A stretch of DNA of 64,000 bases from Curvularia clavata (lineage: Eukaryota). Shown piece by piece: positions 49,365 to 62,165 of this stretch. How positions within the stretch are numbered: the stretch's first letter is position 1; every line of letters starts with the position of its first letter. Where the stretch lies: positions 2,604,001 through 2,668,000 of the forward strand of contig CP089277.1 in assembly GCA_023920165.1 (NCBI GenBank), read 5' to 3'. The notes under the pieces were generated by a model. That model ran no database searches. It saw nothing but the letters and a program-made list of their open reading frames with translations, and was not told where the DNA came from. A program made the position numbers and the translations under genes.

Positions 49365-51388
49365 TTAATTAGCAGAATTGCGCGCCGTCGCATCTTCAAC
49401 TGCCTTTTCCCAACTAGTTCGCCAAATAAACCAGCCCTCGATGGCCGCAACAATAGCGAGTGCAATGGCCGGACCCTGTTAAACATTAATATACTTTCAT
49501 TCGGTCTGAAATGAACAAAACTTACACTCCAAAGGCCGTACAGTCCCCATTGTGGCGGTCCAAATCCAGTTCCAAAACTAATGGGAATACCAACGACGTA
49601 GTATGCAAACAAGCCTACATAGCCACCAATTTCTTGACGGCCCAGACCACGCAAAATACCGTTGCAGTTAGCAGCGAGGGCGTCGACGACTTGGAAAGTG
49701 GCGCAAAGAGGGAGAAGCTTAGCCACCATCTCGATGACCTCTTCGTCTGGCGTAAATAAACGTGGAATAGTCTCTTTAAGCAACGAAAGGAATAAAAGGT
49801 TGAATACTCCAACCATGACCGACGCAATTACCGCTACCTTTGCCGCCGTCTTTGCAGGTACCGCGAGCGTAGCACCGATGAGATTAGCAATACGTGTCGA
49901 GGCGGCAACGCTCATGGGGAAGGGAATCTGAAACGTGATACCGGTAATGGATCCAAGGACCGATTGTGCAGCGAGCTCGGTAGGACCTAGCCAGCTCGAG
50001 CTCAATGTTAGAATCTCAAAAGCGAGGAACTCGGCGAGTACCATAACCAGGCCTGGAAGCGCGAGTTTGATCATGGGCATCCAATTTCTGAGGGCACGGC
50101 GATCGAAGCCGCCCCAGCATTGATAACCGTCGACGAAGCGGACGTAAAGGAATAGAAGCAGAGGTAGCATATTTTCGGTAATGGCGACTGCAATTGGCGC
50201 ACCGATGAAGCCCCAGCCAAGATGCCATACCATGAACCAGTTCAAAAAGGCGTTGAGCGGCGCGCAGATGAGCAAAATGTACATAGTGGCACTGAAAATA
50301 CCTTGTGCCTGGACATAGCGCTTTCCGCTTTCGAAGGCGGCATACCCAGGTGCTCCCGCAATGAGAATCTTGAGGTATAGTCCAGCTAGACGTGCTGTTT
50401 CAGCTTCTGGAACGATAAGGGAGAGAATGTGGGTGCCGAATGCCCATATTATGGAGATGGGGATGGTGATAAGAAGGAGGAAATAGAGCATGCGTTGTAA
50501 TTGCAGGCCTACAAGATGTTTGCGTCCGGAGCCGTAAGCTTGTGCGCAAAGCGTGTCCAGAGACGTTGCTAGGCCTTGATAGACTGCATACCCTGTTATG
50601 GACGCAGTCATACTAGCCAGACTTACGGCTCCGAGCTCGGTCTTGCCAATATGGCCAACAGTAAAGATGCTAGCTACAGGTAGGCTGTACTGCAGCAAAA
50701 AGGTTAGGATGAGTGGGGCGGAGGATCTGGTCAAAACTTTGGCTTCGCGCTGCCAGCTCGTATTGATTTTTCCGGCCGCCACCGCCTCGTCCCATTTTTT
50801 GTTAATGGTTTTTGGGGAATCTAATCCGCCATATGGCTGGGCGGGATTGCCAGCAGAGGCGCCTAGGAGGGCTGTTCGCTCAGTAGAGGACTCGATGGCG
50901 CTCTCCTCATCTGGTGTACTTTTGACCCTGCGCAATCCGAGGATCGGCATTTCCGATCTAATAAGATCAAAGGGTCCCTCGCTTCCATGCCTTGGGTGCT
51001 TAGGTGGCAGCAAATCGTTGTCTCGGAGTAAACTTCTTTCTTCATTCCTCACCAATTCCCTCTCTTTCTTGGACAGATGGCTGTGCTTTTTCCACGATGT
51101 AGACATATGACTGCGTTCGGGTACGCTGGAAGATATGATGGCTGTAGAGCGCGAACCAGGATTTACCCAAGAAGGCCGGCGATAAGCATTGATCATGGAA
51201 AATTGAGTAGTGGTATCTGAGCCTGATGAAGAATCGTCGTCTTCAGATAATGAGTTGTCTTGCTCGAGATCTCTAGCAATCGCCTCTTCTGCAAGATCCT
51301 GGGCCTGGACGAGGCCTTCTATTTGTGATGCGACATCGTTTGCAAACCCAGTGGTAGGGTTTCCTGTCGGTGCTGATGGAGGGGCCAT
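49365..51388 (-). CDS. MATE efflux transporter (Erc1-like); exons 51388-49526, 49475-49365
   Basis: GLATSLDTLCAQAYG, ELAAQS, STRIANLIGA and GILRGLGRQ motifs. Intron 49476-49525 (GTAAGT...CAG) gives the C-terminus GPAIAL...RNSAN*. Confidence 0.92.
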
Positions 51389-52064
51389 GATGGGAGAGCC
51401 CCAACTTGGCAGGATATGCGTTTGGTCTGGTTAGAATGTGCAAAGAAGCTTCAAGGAAACTTGGGAGGATCCAAAAGGTTTATAAAGCAGCAAGCTGGCG
51501 AGCGGGGCATGGATGAAGGAATGGCAATTGGTATCGGCTGCAAAAAGCGTTGCACCGTGATTTTCCTAACTGGGAAGGCCCAAGCGAACTGGGTGATAGC
51601 TTCCGCCCTTTCGCCTTAGAGTTGACACATGACAAGCGCGCCTCTTGACGCACGTCGTGACTCCGAGCTGCCCGACTCTGCCGGAAAAATAGCCGTTTCT
51701 GAGCCAAGAATTGTTGGCATTCACATCGGGGTGGGTGAATTCACTCGTGGGGTGGCTTGCATAGCGGCACGGCGAGCGAGCCATAGCCTGATGTTGCACT
51801 GCACGACTGCACGACGTGCATTGAGACTGCATGACTGTATGATGTGAAATGAGTCACTTGCAGAATATGCACATGTGCTTAGTTATCGTAGAAAAGGGCG
51901 CTGAGATCAGCATGATATTCGTACAACAACGCAGCTGAATTTGCAAAGCACGTGCAGTGATGTCACGACAGCAACAAAGACTAGATGATCTCAAAAAGAC
52001 ATGCGTCGCCGGTGGTATCATTATCCTGCTTGCTCTAAATTACAACATGCTGCAATCGCAGCTT

Positions 52065-53465
52065 TTAAACAACGACTCTCCGAAGTCCCTCGGTTCCTCC
52101 AAGTACTCTCCTGCCCGTCACTGCATCTCGCCCCTTGCCGCTTTCCCATCTACCTTCTCGGCTACCTTCTTCTTTACCCCAGCCCTCATCGCTTTCCTCC
52201 TCGTCTTCTCCAGTCTTGAATCCAGCGGAGCCTTCCATAAAGGCAATCTGACGGTCATGTTCTCCATCGACCCAGCGATGTATACACGTGTAGCAATACA
52301 CGAAGCCCGTAGGTGATGCGGTTGGGTTGACAATGGGTGTGACGCAAATGGGACATAGCGCTGACGACGGCGGTGAGGGTACCGTGAATATGGGAAGCAG
52401 AGTGGTAGAGGAAATTGGGGGATCAATCCGATGGGTTTTGCCAGAGGAGGAGGAAGTTGGCCGTGGCTTCTCGGAGGCAGCGGCCTGCTTGGATGACTGT
52501 TGTTTGGCTGAGGGTGGTAGCGAGGGTAGTATGGGGGGAGGTAGGTCAATGCTCTCAGCTGCTTTTCGTGACAATTGCCGGGCAAAGTCAGAGGCATGCC
52601 ACCACTCGAGGAACTTAAGGGCAAAGATGCTCGTGGGGAGCAATATCTTCAATGAGCTCAACAGCCGTGGCTGCACACTCCTGACGAGATTCCTAGGCGA
52701 GAGGATGGATCCGCCTTCTCCGGGCCGCGCAGGGCCAACATTTCTTGGAGCCGTGGCTATCTCAATGGCCTTGTGGTCGGCTTCACCCAATCTGCGTATT
52801 CTCGTGCCAATGAGCCACATGAATGGCGAGTGGTACTTTGTGCCGTCGAAGAGATATGCCATGTTGAACACTAGCAGCGAGAAGTAGTATGCGGCATTGA
52901 CGCTGGGGTATATGTTCCGCAGAAACCACTTGTAGTAGTGCATCAGCCTCTCCTTGATGGTCGCGCCGGCTCTTAGTCCTTCTCTTTCACGGTTATAACC
53001 AGGACCGAGCAGGTTGGCATGTGCTGCGTGTACATCGTAGCCCTCATCCATCTTCCTCTTAAGCCATGGGAGCCCGACAAGAACAGCAAGATTCTTCCAC
53101 ACATCGCCACGGCCCAGCTTGACGGCTTCTCTGACGCTGTCAGATGCACCGAGCTGGGCGCGTGGGATCTCTCCGCCTCGCACCCTTAGCACACGGGCGC
53201 GCTTGAGGCCATAGAAGTTCTCGGTAAAGGAGCCGCCATAGGTGCGCAAGAAATGGCGCTCGACAAGCAGCATCAACAGGGCATAGACCTCATCGAAGGA
53301 ATTGAGGATGGGCAGTAGATATCGCGGGTATCGGGGCGTAGCGACGGCGAGGAGGTAACGCAGCGACGGGGGGAGCAGGGAGGCGAGTTGCTGCTCGGAC
53401 AGGAGCTCGAAGAGCGAGGGCTTGAGGTCGTCTATGCCATGCTGGAGGGCGGGCAGGAACTCCAT
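52065..53465 (-). CDS. PEX12: Peroxin-12, peroxisomal RING-finger protein
   Basis: [30 protein letters not shown] and C-terminal RING CPIC...GFVYCYTCI...VTG. Confidence 0.95.
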   Translation of the reverse strand: MEFLPALQHGIDDLKPSLFELLSEQQLASLLPPSLRYLLAVATPRYPRYLLPILNSFDEVYALLMLLVERHFLRTYGGSFTENFYGLKRARVLRVRGGEIPRAQLGASDSVREAVKLGRGDVWKNLAVLVGLPWLKRKMDEGYDVHAAHANLLGPGYNREREGLRAGATIKERLMHYYKWFLRNIYPSVNAAYYFSLLVFNMAYLFDGTKYHSPFMWLIGTRIRRLGEADHKAIEIATAPRNVGPARPGEGGSILSPRNLVRSVQPRLLSSLKILLPTSIFALKFLEWWHASDFARQLSRKAAESIDLPPPILPSLPPSAKQQSSKQAAASEKPRPTSSSSGKTHRIDPPISSTTLLPIFTVPSPPSSALCPICVTPIVNPTASPTGFVYCYTCIHRWVDGEHDRQIAFMEGSAGFKTGEDEEESDEGWGKEEGSREGRWESGKGRDAVTGRRVLGGTEGLRRVVV

Positions 53466-53746
53466 GGCACCCAGTCAGAGATGGGCGGACGGTCTGGTTG
53501 CGTCCTCATTGATGGTGTTGCAGTGTCATGGCCCCGTTGTTGATAGGCACGGGTGCGCGCGCTTCAGCCGAGGCATGCTCGGAGCTCACTCACCTGCCTG
53601 CCGACACGCGTGTACGTCACACGCGCTCCATGCCATCTCACTGCCCCTGTACATATCGCTCCCGCAGCCTCCGAAGCCACACCAAATAAACAATCCATGT
53701 AGTTCAAAGAGACTACTTTGAACTATACACATACCACTCTGCAGCC

Positions 53747-54725
53747 ATGGATCCCCATGACGAGCGATGCACCGAGCTGCAGTACCCCGACCTGATCAAC
53801 TTCTCCATCTCCGTGTACGCCTCACACGCATGCATTCGAAAGTAAACATGGCTAACCACCACGTCCTACAGCTTCATCGTAGTCGGAATCCTTGTGTCTT
53901 ACCTCCCGCAGCACTACAAGATCATAGCGCGACGCTCTTCCCGGGGCCTGAGTCCTATGTTTGTCTTGCTCGGCACCGTGTCCGGCACGGCCAGCATAGC
54001 CAACATATTGACACTGCCTGAAAGCACCAGAGACATGGCCTGCTGCAGGGAAATCGGTAGTTTCCCTTGTGCAGCAGCAATGCTAGGAATCGTTCAGATA
54101 GGCGTGCAGTGGGCCTGCTTCTTCTTCATGTACGACTCCACAGCCCACAATAGCATCCACGCAACTACTAACAGCCACTCTTAGCATGCTACTGTTCCTC
54201 ATCTTTTTTCCACGAGATCCGTCCGCTATAGAGGAAGAGCAAGACTCCGAGATGCCGACATGGAAAGAAGCTGTGCTTGTCCTCGGCGCGTCTATCGCCT
54301 TCTTTGTGGTAGCCTTGTTCGGCTCCGTCGTTTTCGTGTACGCCCTCCCATCCCATGTCCGTGCCTGGGCAAACTTCCTCGGACTCCTCGCTACTGTGCT
54401 TGCGGCCATACAATATATACCTCAAATCTTCATGACTTGGAAACTACAAGAAACTGGCAGTCTTTCGATACCCATGATGTGTATTCAGACACCTGGTAGC
54501 TTTGTCTTTGCTGCCAGTTTGTATGCTCGCTTAGGGCCGGGCGGCTGGAGTGCATGGGGCTTATTCATCTTTACGGGTATCTTACAAGGATTCCTACTAG
54601 CCATGGCCATCTCCTTCGTTCTGAGGGACAGGAAAGCCCAGCAAGCTCAAACGGTAGGTCAAGCTAATGGAAACGCACATCCAGAAGGTACTGAGCGCAC
54701 GCCGCTGCTAGACAGTGAGAGATGA
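53747..54725 (+). CDS. PQ-loop repeat membrane protein; exons 53747-53814, 53872-54129, 54185-54725
   Basis: Two PQ loops (SYLPQHYKI, QYIPQI...GSLS). C-terminal ERTPLL acidic-dileucine vacuolar sorting-like motif. Introns 53815-53871 and 54130-54184. Confidence 0.88.
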
Positions 54726-55437
54726 CATAGTCGATAATTATCCTGTTTTTACGCTTCGGAATTGATATCTTACTCATGTGACATCTTCTTATATCTATTG
54801 AGGCCATACTAACAACAACGTTGTACTAAGATCGGCTACTGACATTCAGGTACTCGTAGCCCGCAAGTACTACATAAATTAGGTCCCACGAGTGTTCCAA
54901 GCTATGCTCTTCATGTTCCTATCTTTGAGCTCGTACCACTTTCCCTCTATCAAAAGCCTTACAGATAGTCGATAGGAGTTGCTGAGATAGTGACATCCTG
55001 CCTCGACATCTAGTCAACAGGAATGAAAAAGCAACCACGGCTATTATTCTCCTTGGTCGGTCCATCGGTTCGTCGATGCCGAACAGTCGCTTCGATCACT
55101 GGTTCCTCCGCCTCCAAAACCACCCTTCTGGCAGTGTCCATCTTCGCGCCAAGCTAATCTTACCTCCTTTCGGCAGGTAATTCAGGCTCGGCCTTGGCCC
55201 CTTGGCAAAGAATGGTAACATTCTTATGACCTTCTTTTCCGGACACAGCACAGGACGCGCTCGTGATAAGAGTGGACCGGACGGGATGCTGTGCTCATTT
55301 ATCCACCGATCCGGTCTTTACCAAGACATTGAGGCAAATCGTGTATATGAAGATGCGTCGCCGTCTTAAAGTGACAAAGAGTTACGCACGAATTCAAGAA
55401 ACTCGGATACTTTGTTGAGTTGAATTGAACTGCAGAA

Positions 55438-57044
55438 ATGAAGTTCTCAAGCGCAATTGCCCTTGCCGGCGCTGCGCAAGCGTTCGCTGCTGTCAGGCCC
55501 CGTCCTATGGTCTCCTCAAATGCTATTCAGGATCAGATCACAAGCGAGAAGTGCGTCTGATCCCAGCACTGAAAAGACGCCGTTAACAAAAATGTAGGTT
55601 GATGGGCAATCTCAAAGCCTTCGACGCGATCGCAAAAGCCAATGGTGGAAATCGCGCATTTGGCCTTCCCGGCTATGCAGCCTCAGTCGACTACATGCTT
55701 GAAAAGACGCAAAACACACACTTCAAGACGTGGACACAGGACTTCCCTGCTCTGTTCAACCGAGTCGACTCCATTGAATTCAAGGTCAGCAATACCTCGT
55801 ACCGTGTCGTTGGATTGTCGTATTCTCCATCTACTCCACCCGAAGGTCTGACGCTTCCTCTCGTGCTGGGTGCATCTGGGCCCGAGGGCTGCACAAAAGA
55901 AGCCTACAACAATCTGGATGTAAAGGGAAAGATTGTTCTTGTGCAGCGTGGCTCATGTCCAGACGGTACTACCCTTGCTGGACGCATGAAGCCGGCCGCT
56001 GCTGCTGGTGCAGCCGCAGTTATCATTTACGCAAGCGACAGAGCCAATGTCACTGGCGGAACTCTCTCCAACCCCAACCCAACAGAATACGTGTCGACCG
56101 GATACATCAACCTTTCCGATGCCGAGCCTCTCGTTGCCCGTCTGACTGCCGGTGAAGCCGTCGAGGCCTACTTCCAGCAAACCCAGGTTGTTGAAGAACG
56201 CATAACACAAAACGTCTTCACCGAGACCAAAGATGGCGACCCAGAGAACGTGATCATGCTGGGTGCGCACCTGGACAGCGTGCAAGCCGGAGCAGGTATT
56301 AACGATGACGGCTCCGGTAGCACCCTGGTTCTCGAAATCGCCCGCGCCCTCCGCAGATTCAACGTTAAGAACAAGGTCCGCTTTGCCTGGTGGGGAGCAG
56401 AAGAGAACGGTCTCCTTGGCTCAAAATACTACACGCAGCACCTCAATGCCACAGAGGCGAACAACATCCTCGTCTACCTGAACTTCGACATGGTGTCTCG
56501 CGGCTACTTTGGTGTCTTCGACGGCGACGGCAGCGTCTACAACCTAACTGGCGCACCGGGCTCCGACACCGTCGAGAAGCTTTTCGTTGAGCACATGACC
56601 AGCAAGGGCGTCAATGTCACTGCGGCCAGGTTCACCGGCGGAAGCGACTACCAATCCTTCATGAACATTGGCAAGCCCGTCGGTGGCCTGCATACGGGCA
56701 CAGGCGTGGAACAGGACCCATGCTACCACCAGGCCTGCGATACGATTGATAACCCGAACCCTGAGACTCTCACTATCAACGCGAAGGTATGTAGAATTTT
56801 CACCCTCTACCTCTCCCAATCTCATTAGAGGTGGAATTTCTTTTTTTCACGAGCAAATTGCTAACGCTCCCCACAGGCCGCTGCACACGTCCTCTCCATC
56901 CTCGCCACAAAAGGCGAGCAACTCATCCCCAAGAGCTCCGCCAACTTGACCATTACCGAGCGCGGTATCATTGGCGTCGAGCCCTTGTGGACGGTGCCTG
57001 CAGAGGGTGAACAGCACCTCGCTACGTGCGGACATGATGTTTAA
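55438..57044 (+). CDS. Secreted M28A aminopeptidase with PA domain (aminopeptidase Y / LAP2-like); exons 55438-55550, 55598-56786, 56877-57044
   Basis: Signal peptide MKFSSAIALAG, GAHLDSV, GINDDGSG, WWGAEE, NFDM, SDY and YHQACD. Introns 55551-55597 and 56787-56876. Confidence 0.92.
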
Positions 57045-57391
57045 ACGATGATTTACGAAGAAAAGTGTGTTAATCGAGTAATATATAAGATGTAGAAAAA
57101 TCTGACGAGAGTTGTGATACTTTGACTTTGCATATTTTGTGATTATAGCAGTGTGAGAGGGACGCAGAGTGGCACTTCGTAGTGGTTAGACGCAAGATCG
57201 ATGCCAGAGGGGCGATGGGGCACGCACTAGCAAGATCAGGACCAGCGTTTCGCAATCGTGGGAATGACCCCGCACCATTGAATCTGACTCATGAACGATG
57301 CCCACCTACCGATCGAGTACATACGTACGTCTAGATGTTATCTAAATTATATAAATTATGTTTTTGAAGTTCCTCTCATCAAAACAACCAC

Positions 57392-57480
57392 GGTTGCATA
57401 GTGTAGTGGTTATCACTCCAGATTTTGACTTTCTTCAAATCAAATTTCTGGTAACCCCGGTTCGAACCCGGGTGCGACCT
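57392..57480 (+). tRNA. tRNA-Gln(UUG) with 17-nt intron (57429-57445)
   Basis: Acceptor stem GGTTGCA/TGCGACC, D-arm TAGTGTAGTGGTTATCAC, anticodon stem CCAGA/TCTGG with TTG at 57425-57427, T-loop GGTTCGAACCC. Mature length 72 nt, followed by a T-run. Confidence 0.93.
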
Positions 57481-58207
57481 CTTGTTTTTGCCGTTATTCT
57501 CATTAGAAGAGTCTGTTCTTTTTGCTTTTGTTCACTAGGGGAAGGATTTCGTGGATCTAAGGATTTTGGTCTTGTATGGTTGTAATTTCTTGTAAACTTC
57601 ACCAATAGCTGAAGCTCATTGTAATAGGCTTATTGTAGCTATTCTATTTCCCTCGGTTCCATTTTGCTAGCGTCCATGAAGACTGGGTGTGGTTGGTTTC
57701 TTAGATTTTTTGGTTGAATACTATCGGTCCTTGCTCTGCCTCTACAATAGTGCATTGATGTTAGTCCAAGTGCACAAGTTTCATTACGAATACGGCATCG
57801 TAGTTGAACTTGAATTGGAAAGAAGTCGATCTCATAAATTAGCTATGAATTGTGTCTTGTGCACTTGAGCTCACTCGAACCAGACATCGAATTCACAATA
57901 TGATGCATGTGAGTCTAGGCTGACTGCGAGCCGCTCGATCTTCTTACAATGCCCTGGAGCGAACACACACCTTAGTACTATGCTGTCATTGCTATATATA
58001 TATATTTTTCCGGATTTTAACATTCGTGTCATGTGATAGTCCATGGAAGGTATTCATGAGACATTTGTAGTGTTGACTGTGCATATAGTGCTGACTAGTA
58101 CATGAGATATCTGGGGAATTGATCGTCTCCTCAGAGATCAAGCCCGCTTATCAAACTGGGATAGCGCCCTTCGACCCCAAACTCATTGCAAGGTGACCAC
58201 CTCCAAG

Positions 58208-60484
58208 CTACAACAAATCCTCAACCTCCTCCTCCCCTTCTTCATCCTCACCGCCCCAGTCAAGCTTCATCAGCAAACGATCAATGCCTCCTACCCGTAG
58301 TGGTTCGTAAGCCCCTTCCTCCATAGTGGCAGAAGTGGCGGTACCAGGGGCAGAAGCTCCAATCCTCTCGCTATCGATTTCTCTCAATCGGTCTACTAGC
58401 GCCTTCAAATCGCTATCCAGCCTTCTTCGTGCGCGATCCATTTCAACACTGATATCTCGCTCCTCCTTTTTGTAGTTCTGCGCATAGTCCTCCACGCCCT
58501 CGTCTTCCTCAAGATCCAAATTCTGCTGAATCTTAGTGAGACGCGTGATATACGCCACTAATTCGTCAACATGAGTGCACATTGTACGAAGCGACTTGGT
58601 AAAGGCCTGGTCGGTCAGAAGAAGAGAGTAGGCGACTGAAGAAAGAAAGCGACGATGTGCCGATGCCAGTGCTTCCGGGTCATGCTGTTTGGTACTGCCA
58701 TCAGGTATAGACCTGCGAAACCTCGATGACGAAGGGCGGCTTGACGGGGCCGTAGGCGGTTGCGACGACGGATTTTGTCGGCCGACAACCCAAGTAATGA
58801 AGTGACGGAAGGTCTGTTGTACCACAGTCCCGTGAAAGTAAGCCTCGCTTTCGGCCAAGAAGAAAATGGCTGCTGCACACGTTGCCCATATTTTTCGCAT
58901 ATCTTGCGATCTCTTCTTAGTGCGCTCCCGACGTCGTTTGAGAACCGCTCGTCCGTGTGCGGAATTACTGTACTGATAACCCGGGGGACATGGATAGTCC
59001 CGCCGTATTGAGCTATGTCTCCATAATTCAGCCAAGTGTAGATGAGCTCGCCGAACTGCAAGTAGACAAGAGTTGATTGATGAATAGACGTCAACGTCGG
59101 CCTTTGTCAGGAACAGGTCGAGTGGCGATCGAATGTCCATTGTGAGCGATGTTGGCACAGATAGTAGCAACTCGTCGAATGATAGATTTGCGAGCTGTGG
59201 AAGCGAAGAGTCGGCGTCTTTGGCACGTCCTGGTGTTCCAGGACGGTGGCCAGAAGAACTGTTTACGCTCAAGTGTAGGAGCTGTGTCGCAACATCCAGG
59301 ATGTCGTCTGTGTGCTCATCCTCGCTAGACAAGGTCGAAAGGACGGAGAAAGAGCGCGTGAGAATATGGTTGATCTCCGCCTCTTTTAGCAACACGCCTT
59401 TTACCGACTGGCTGGATTTGAGTGCTGACTGACTGCGGTGCCGTGAAGACATCTTGTCGTCTGCCTCGGCTATCAATGTCAAGGCGAATTCTCCTCGACC
59501 GATGAGGAAAAACTGGTGCAGCACAGTCAAAGTCTCGACAATCTTCTCGCGTGGCAGCAAGTGTTGCAGTAGATTCCGCGACAGCGAGAGCCGGATATTT
59601 GCGACAGCTTCAGACAGCTTCGCTACTGATATTGGTGTAGTCACTTCAGATAGTTGTTGGACATGCTTGGGTAGCAGATCGAGTTCCGAAAGCGAATTCA
59701 TCGTGGCCAATACCTTTACAGATGGCGGGAGCGACCGGATCTGGTTGAGTGACTTTCCAACAAATAGAATGGAGAGAGCTGTCTGCCTAGTCACAAACTT
59801 GGGCAGTAACTTGCTCTGTAGAATGAAAATCTGCTCCCCGGCATCTTCGTCGTCTTGTTGAATAAAAAAGTCAATACGACATGAGGGCAGACGGCCGTAC
59901 AACAACCATGTCGATAGTTGTCGCAGCCACGATGTTTCTGCAACCTTGCTTAGGCCATGTGCAGCCTCTTCGATATCGGGAAACCCTGTCTGAGCCTCAG
60001 CTCGCAGCTTGTCGATAATCCCAGCGCCAGAAGCGGACTGGCTGAGCATTTTCTCAATCTTGGTAGCGGCCTCTGCAGGGATCATGTAGTTGGTAATGTC
60101 CCATAGCCACTCCATGATTCTAACCCATTCTGAAAATTCGCTGACCACCCCGGCGAGCGGCACAATGTTGTATGCACCGACTGTGGAGGCATCTTGTTTG
60201 AGAACCCGGCTCTCAACATCGAGTACCTTCTGCTGGAATTGTTCAAGGTGATGGGATATGATTGAAGTGGCGACTGCTCGGCAAATTATCGAAGGGTGAG
60301 AGGCAGCAATCCAGTTAGCGTGGTCACGCAGCTTCCGATGTAGTTTGGATAGATGACCGATTGAAGACAAGAGTTCTCTTTCTGACGGGGAAAGCAGACC
60401 ATCAGTGGCCGAGGTCACGTGGCTAGGGTCATCGAATAACGGGGAAGGGTGTCCGGAGAGCGAGAGGAGGAGTTCGTGGAGCAT
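58208..60484 (-). CDS. GCP4: Gamma-tubulin complex component 4 (Spc97/Spc98 GRIP family)
   Basis: MLHELLLSLSG start typical of GCP4, WLLYGRLP, ILFVGKSL, FFLIGRGEF and PLDLFL motifs. The ORF-track start at 60589 is a GTG. Confidence 0.88.
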   Translation of the reverse strand: MLHELLLSLSGHPSPLFDDPSHVTSATDGLLSPSERELLSSIGHLSKLHRKLRDHANWIAASHPSIICRAVATSIISHHLEQFQQKVLDVESRVLKQDASTVGAYNIVPLAGVVSEFSEWVRIMEWLWDITNYMIPAEAATKIEKMLSQSASGAGIIDKLRAEAQTGFPDIEEAAHGLSKVAETSWLRQLSTWLLYGRLPSCRIDFFIQQDDEDAGEQIFILQSKLLPKFVTRQTALSILFVGKSLNQIRSLPPSVKVLATMNSLSELDLLPKHVQQLSEVTTPISVAKLSEAVANIRLSLSRNLLQHLLPREKIVETLTVLHQFFLIGRGEFALTLIAEADDKMSSRHRSQSALKSSQSVKGVLLKEAEINHILTRSFSVLSTLSSEDEHTDDILDVATQLLHLSVNSSSGHRPGTPGRAKDADSSLPQLANLSFDELLLSVPTSLTMDIRSPLDLFLTKADVDVYSSINSCLLAVRRAHLHLAELWRHSSIRRDYPCPPGYQYSNSAHGRAVLKRRRERTKKRSQDMRKIWATCAAAIFFLAESEAYFHGTVVQQTFRHFITWVVGRQNPSSQPPTAPSSRPSSSRFRRSIPDGSTKQHDPEALASAHRRFLSSVAYSLLLTDQAFTKSLRTMCTHVDELVAYITRLTKIQQNLDLEEDEGVEDYAQNYKKEERDISVEMDRARRRLDSDLKALVDRLREIDSERIGASAPGTATSATMEEGAYEPLRVGGIDRLLMKLDWGGEDEEGEEEVEDLL

Positions 60485-61358
60485 GGTTGTGGCAATGGCA
60501 AGTCGCCTGTATGCTTGCGGGCTCGTGTCTTTCGCGTCGCCAGACGCTGGCAAAAGGCTATCAGCAAGCTCAAGAGCTCGAATCGACACATTTAACGCGT
60601 CGCGCTGCGCGCATGTCTTGCTGCAGATGGATTGGGTATGGTGGGATGGGTGTCAACAGATCCCCGCGCTAGCGGCCGGCGCCCAGGGATTGCAGTCTGC
60701 GACCCAGCCGCGAGGAAAGGACTCTTGGACTACAACCACAGAAGGCCAATTTCTCTCAGAACGGGGTCGACGAGGACTTTCTTGGAGTGTCTACGCAGCA
60801 TGCATCATATGGGCGTCACCTGGTCAACCTAGCCTTGTCACACCTCGGAGTGGCTCCGTTGGTGTGGAATGCGCCGTACAACTTGATGCATTCAACAAGG
60901 GCACGTCATCACGCACACGATCTCACAAAATGTATGACATGTCATCAACGGACATGCTTAGGTTGTCCGATCTAACTAATATTCGATGATAAGATATCCA
61001 ATTAGTTTTGCGCTTCCGCTACTCTGTGCCTGACGCCGTAATGAAAATCCTTTCGGTTTTCTACCTTTGACAATGTTTACATTGGTTACAAAAATTCTTT
61101 ATGACGACCTATAACACATACGTGCAACAAAATGAGAAAGCTTCAGTGTACATGATTAAAGTATGTATTAAGGCCAAGGTAGTCTATCACATTGCACTGA
61201 GACGTGACACCCGTCCGGTACGAGCAGTATTCGCGTAACATTTGAGCTCTTTATTAGACTCGAGAAGTGGCGAACAAGTCAAGCCCAGCCGTATATTAGC
61301 AGACATCCGGAACTAGATTGATCGCTTCTTTCACACTCCATCTCTTGATTGTATCAAT

Positions 61359-62099
61359 ATGAACGCCCTCGATCTCCTAGTTGACTTCACCACTCTCATA
61401 AGCACGTCAGTAGAGTCAATGCCCAACGAGGATGAGAATTCCAACGATTATATCGGATCAAGCCATGATACAGCAGCGCCATCGCTGGCTTCGGAGTATC
61501 CCTTGCCTTTTAGGCAGTATCATTCGACACGGCAAACACCAAAAGAAACTGTCCCACGCAGCTTTGCAGCAGATCCACCATCTCGGGACGTAGTCTCGCC
61601 ATCTACTAGTTACGTACCTGAATGCAGGATGGCCAATAACGAACACCAACGCATATCCCCATCTTTTATACAGCACGACGATCGCACCTCATATGTATTC
61701 AACACATACCTCCAAGAAAACCACAGTGTTGGCCCATCCTCAAGTCTCACCTCAGTCCCACCACAACCCTGGTTCCAGCAATCTGAGCCCCCTTCACAAT
61801 GGGCTATGCACTACGAAGCCGATCCTACCTTAACCTCAGTCTCAGCCCCATGGTACAATGCTCAAACGCCGCGTGCTTTCGGGCCTCCACAGCAGCATCA
61901 GACTGCATCCTACCAGGACATCCAGATCCCCTGTCCCAACCCCCCTTCTCAGTGCTGGACCCAAACTCCGCAAGGGCCCTATTCCTCCACATGGCTACCT
62001 TGGGTTGCCTCCGAAGCACCATATGACCGCGATTTTCTCACCCAATACAATGAGTGGACAATACCAAGCACCTCAGGCACCAAGACGAGCACTGGTTAA
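61359..62099 (+). CDS. Hypothetical S/P/Q-rich protein
   Basis: 246-aa ATG-initiated ORF with disordered composition; no family recognised. Confidence 0.45.
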   Translation: MNALDLLVDFTTLISTSVESMPNEDENSNDYIGSSHDTAAPSLASEYPLPFRQYHSTRQTPKETVPRSFAADPPSRDVVSPSTSYVPECRMANNEHQRISPSFIQHDDRTSYVFNTYLQENHSVGPSSSLTSVPPQPWFQQSEPPSQWAMHYEADPTLTSVSAPWYNAQTPRAFGPPQQHQTASYQDIQIPCPNPPSQCWTQTPQGPYSSTWLPWVASEAPYDRDFLTQYNEWTIPSTSGTKTSTG

Positions 62100-62165
62100 T
62101 CAGACACCCACCAGAAGATCTCGATTCATCCATGGCTACATCCCCAACCCACCACCCCCTTCAAC

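Noticed and set aside
60485..60589. N-terminal extension of GCP4 in the ORF track
   Set aside because: Begins at a GTG; the family-typical MLHE start is at 60484.
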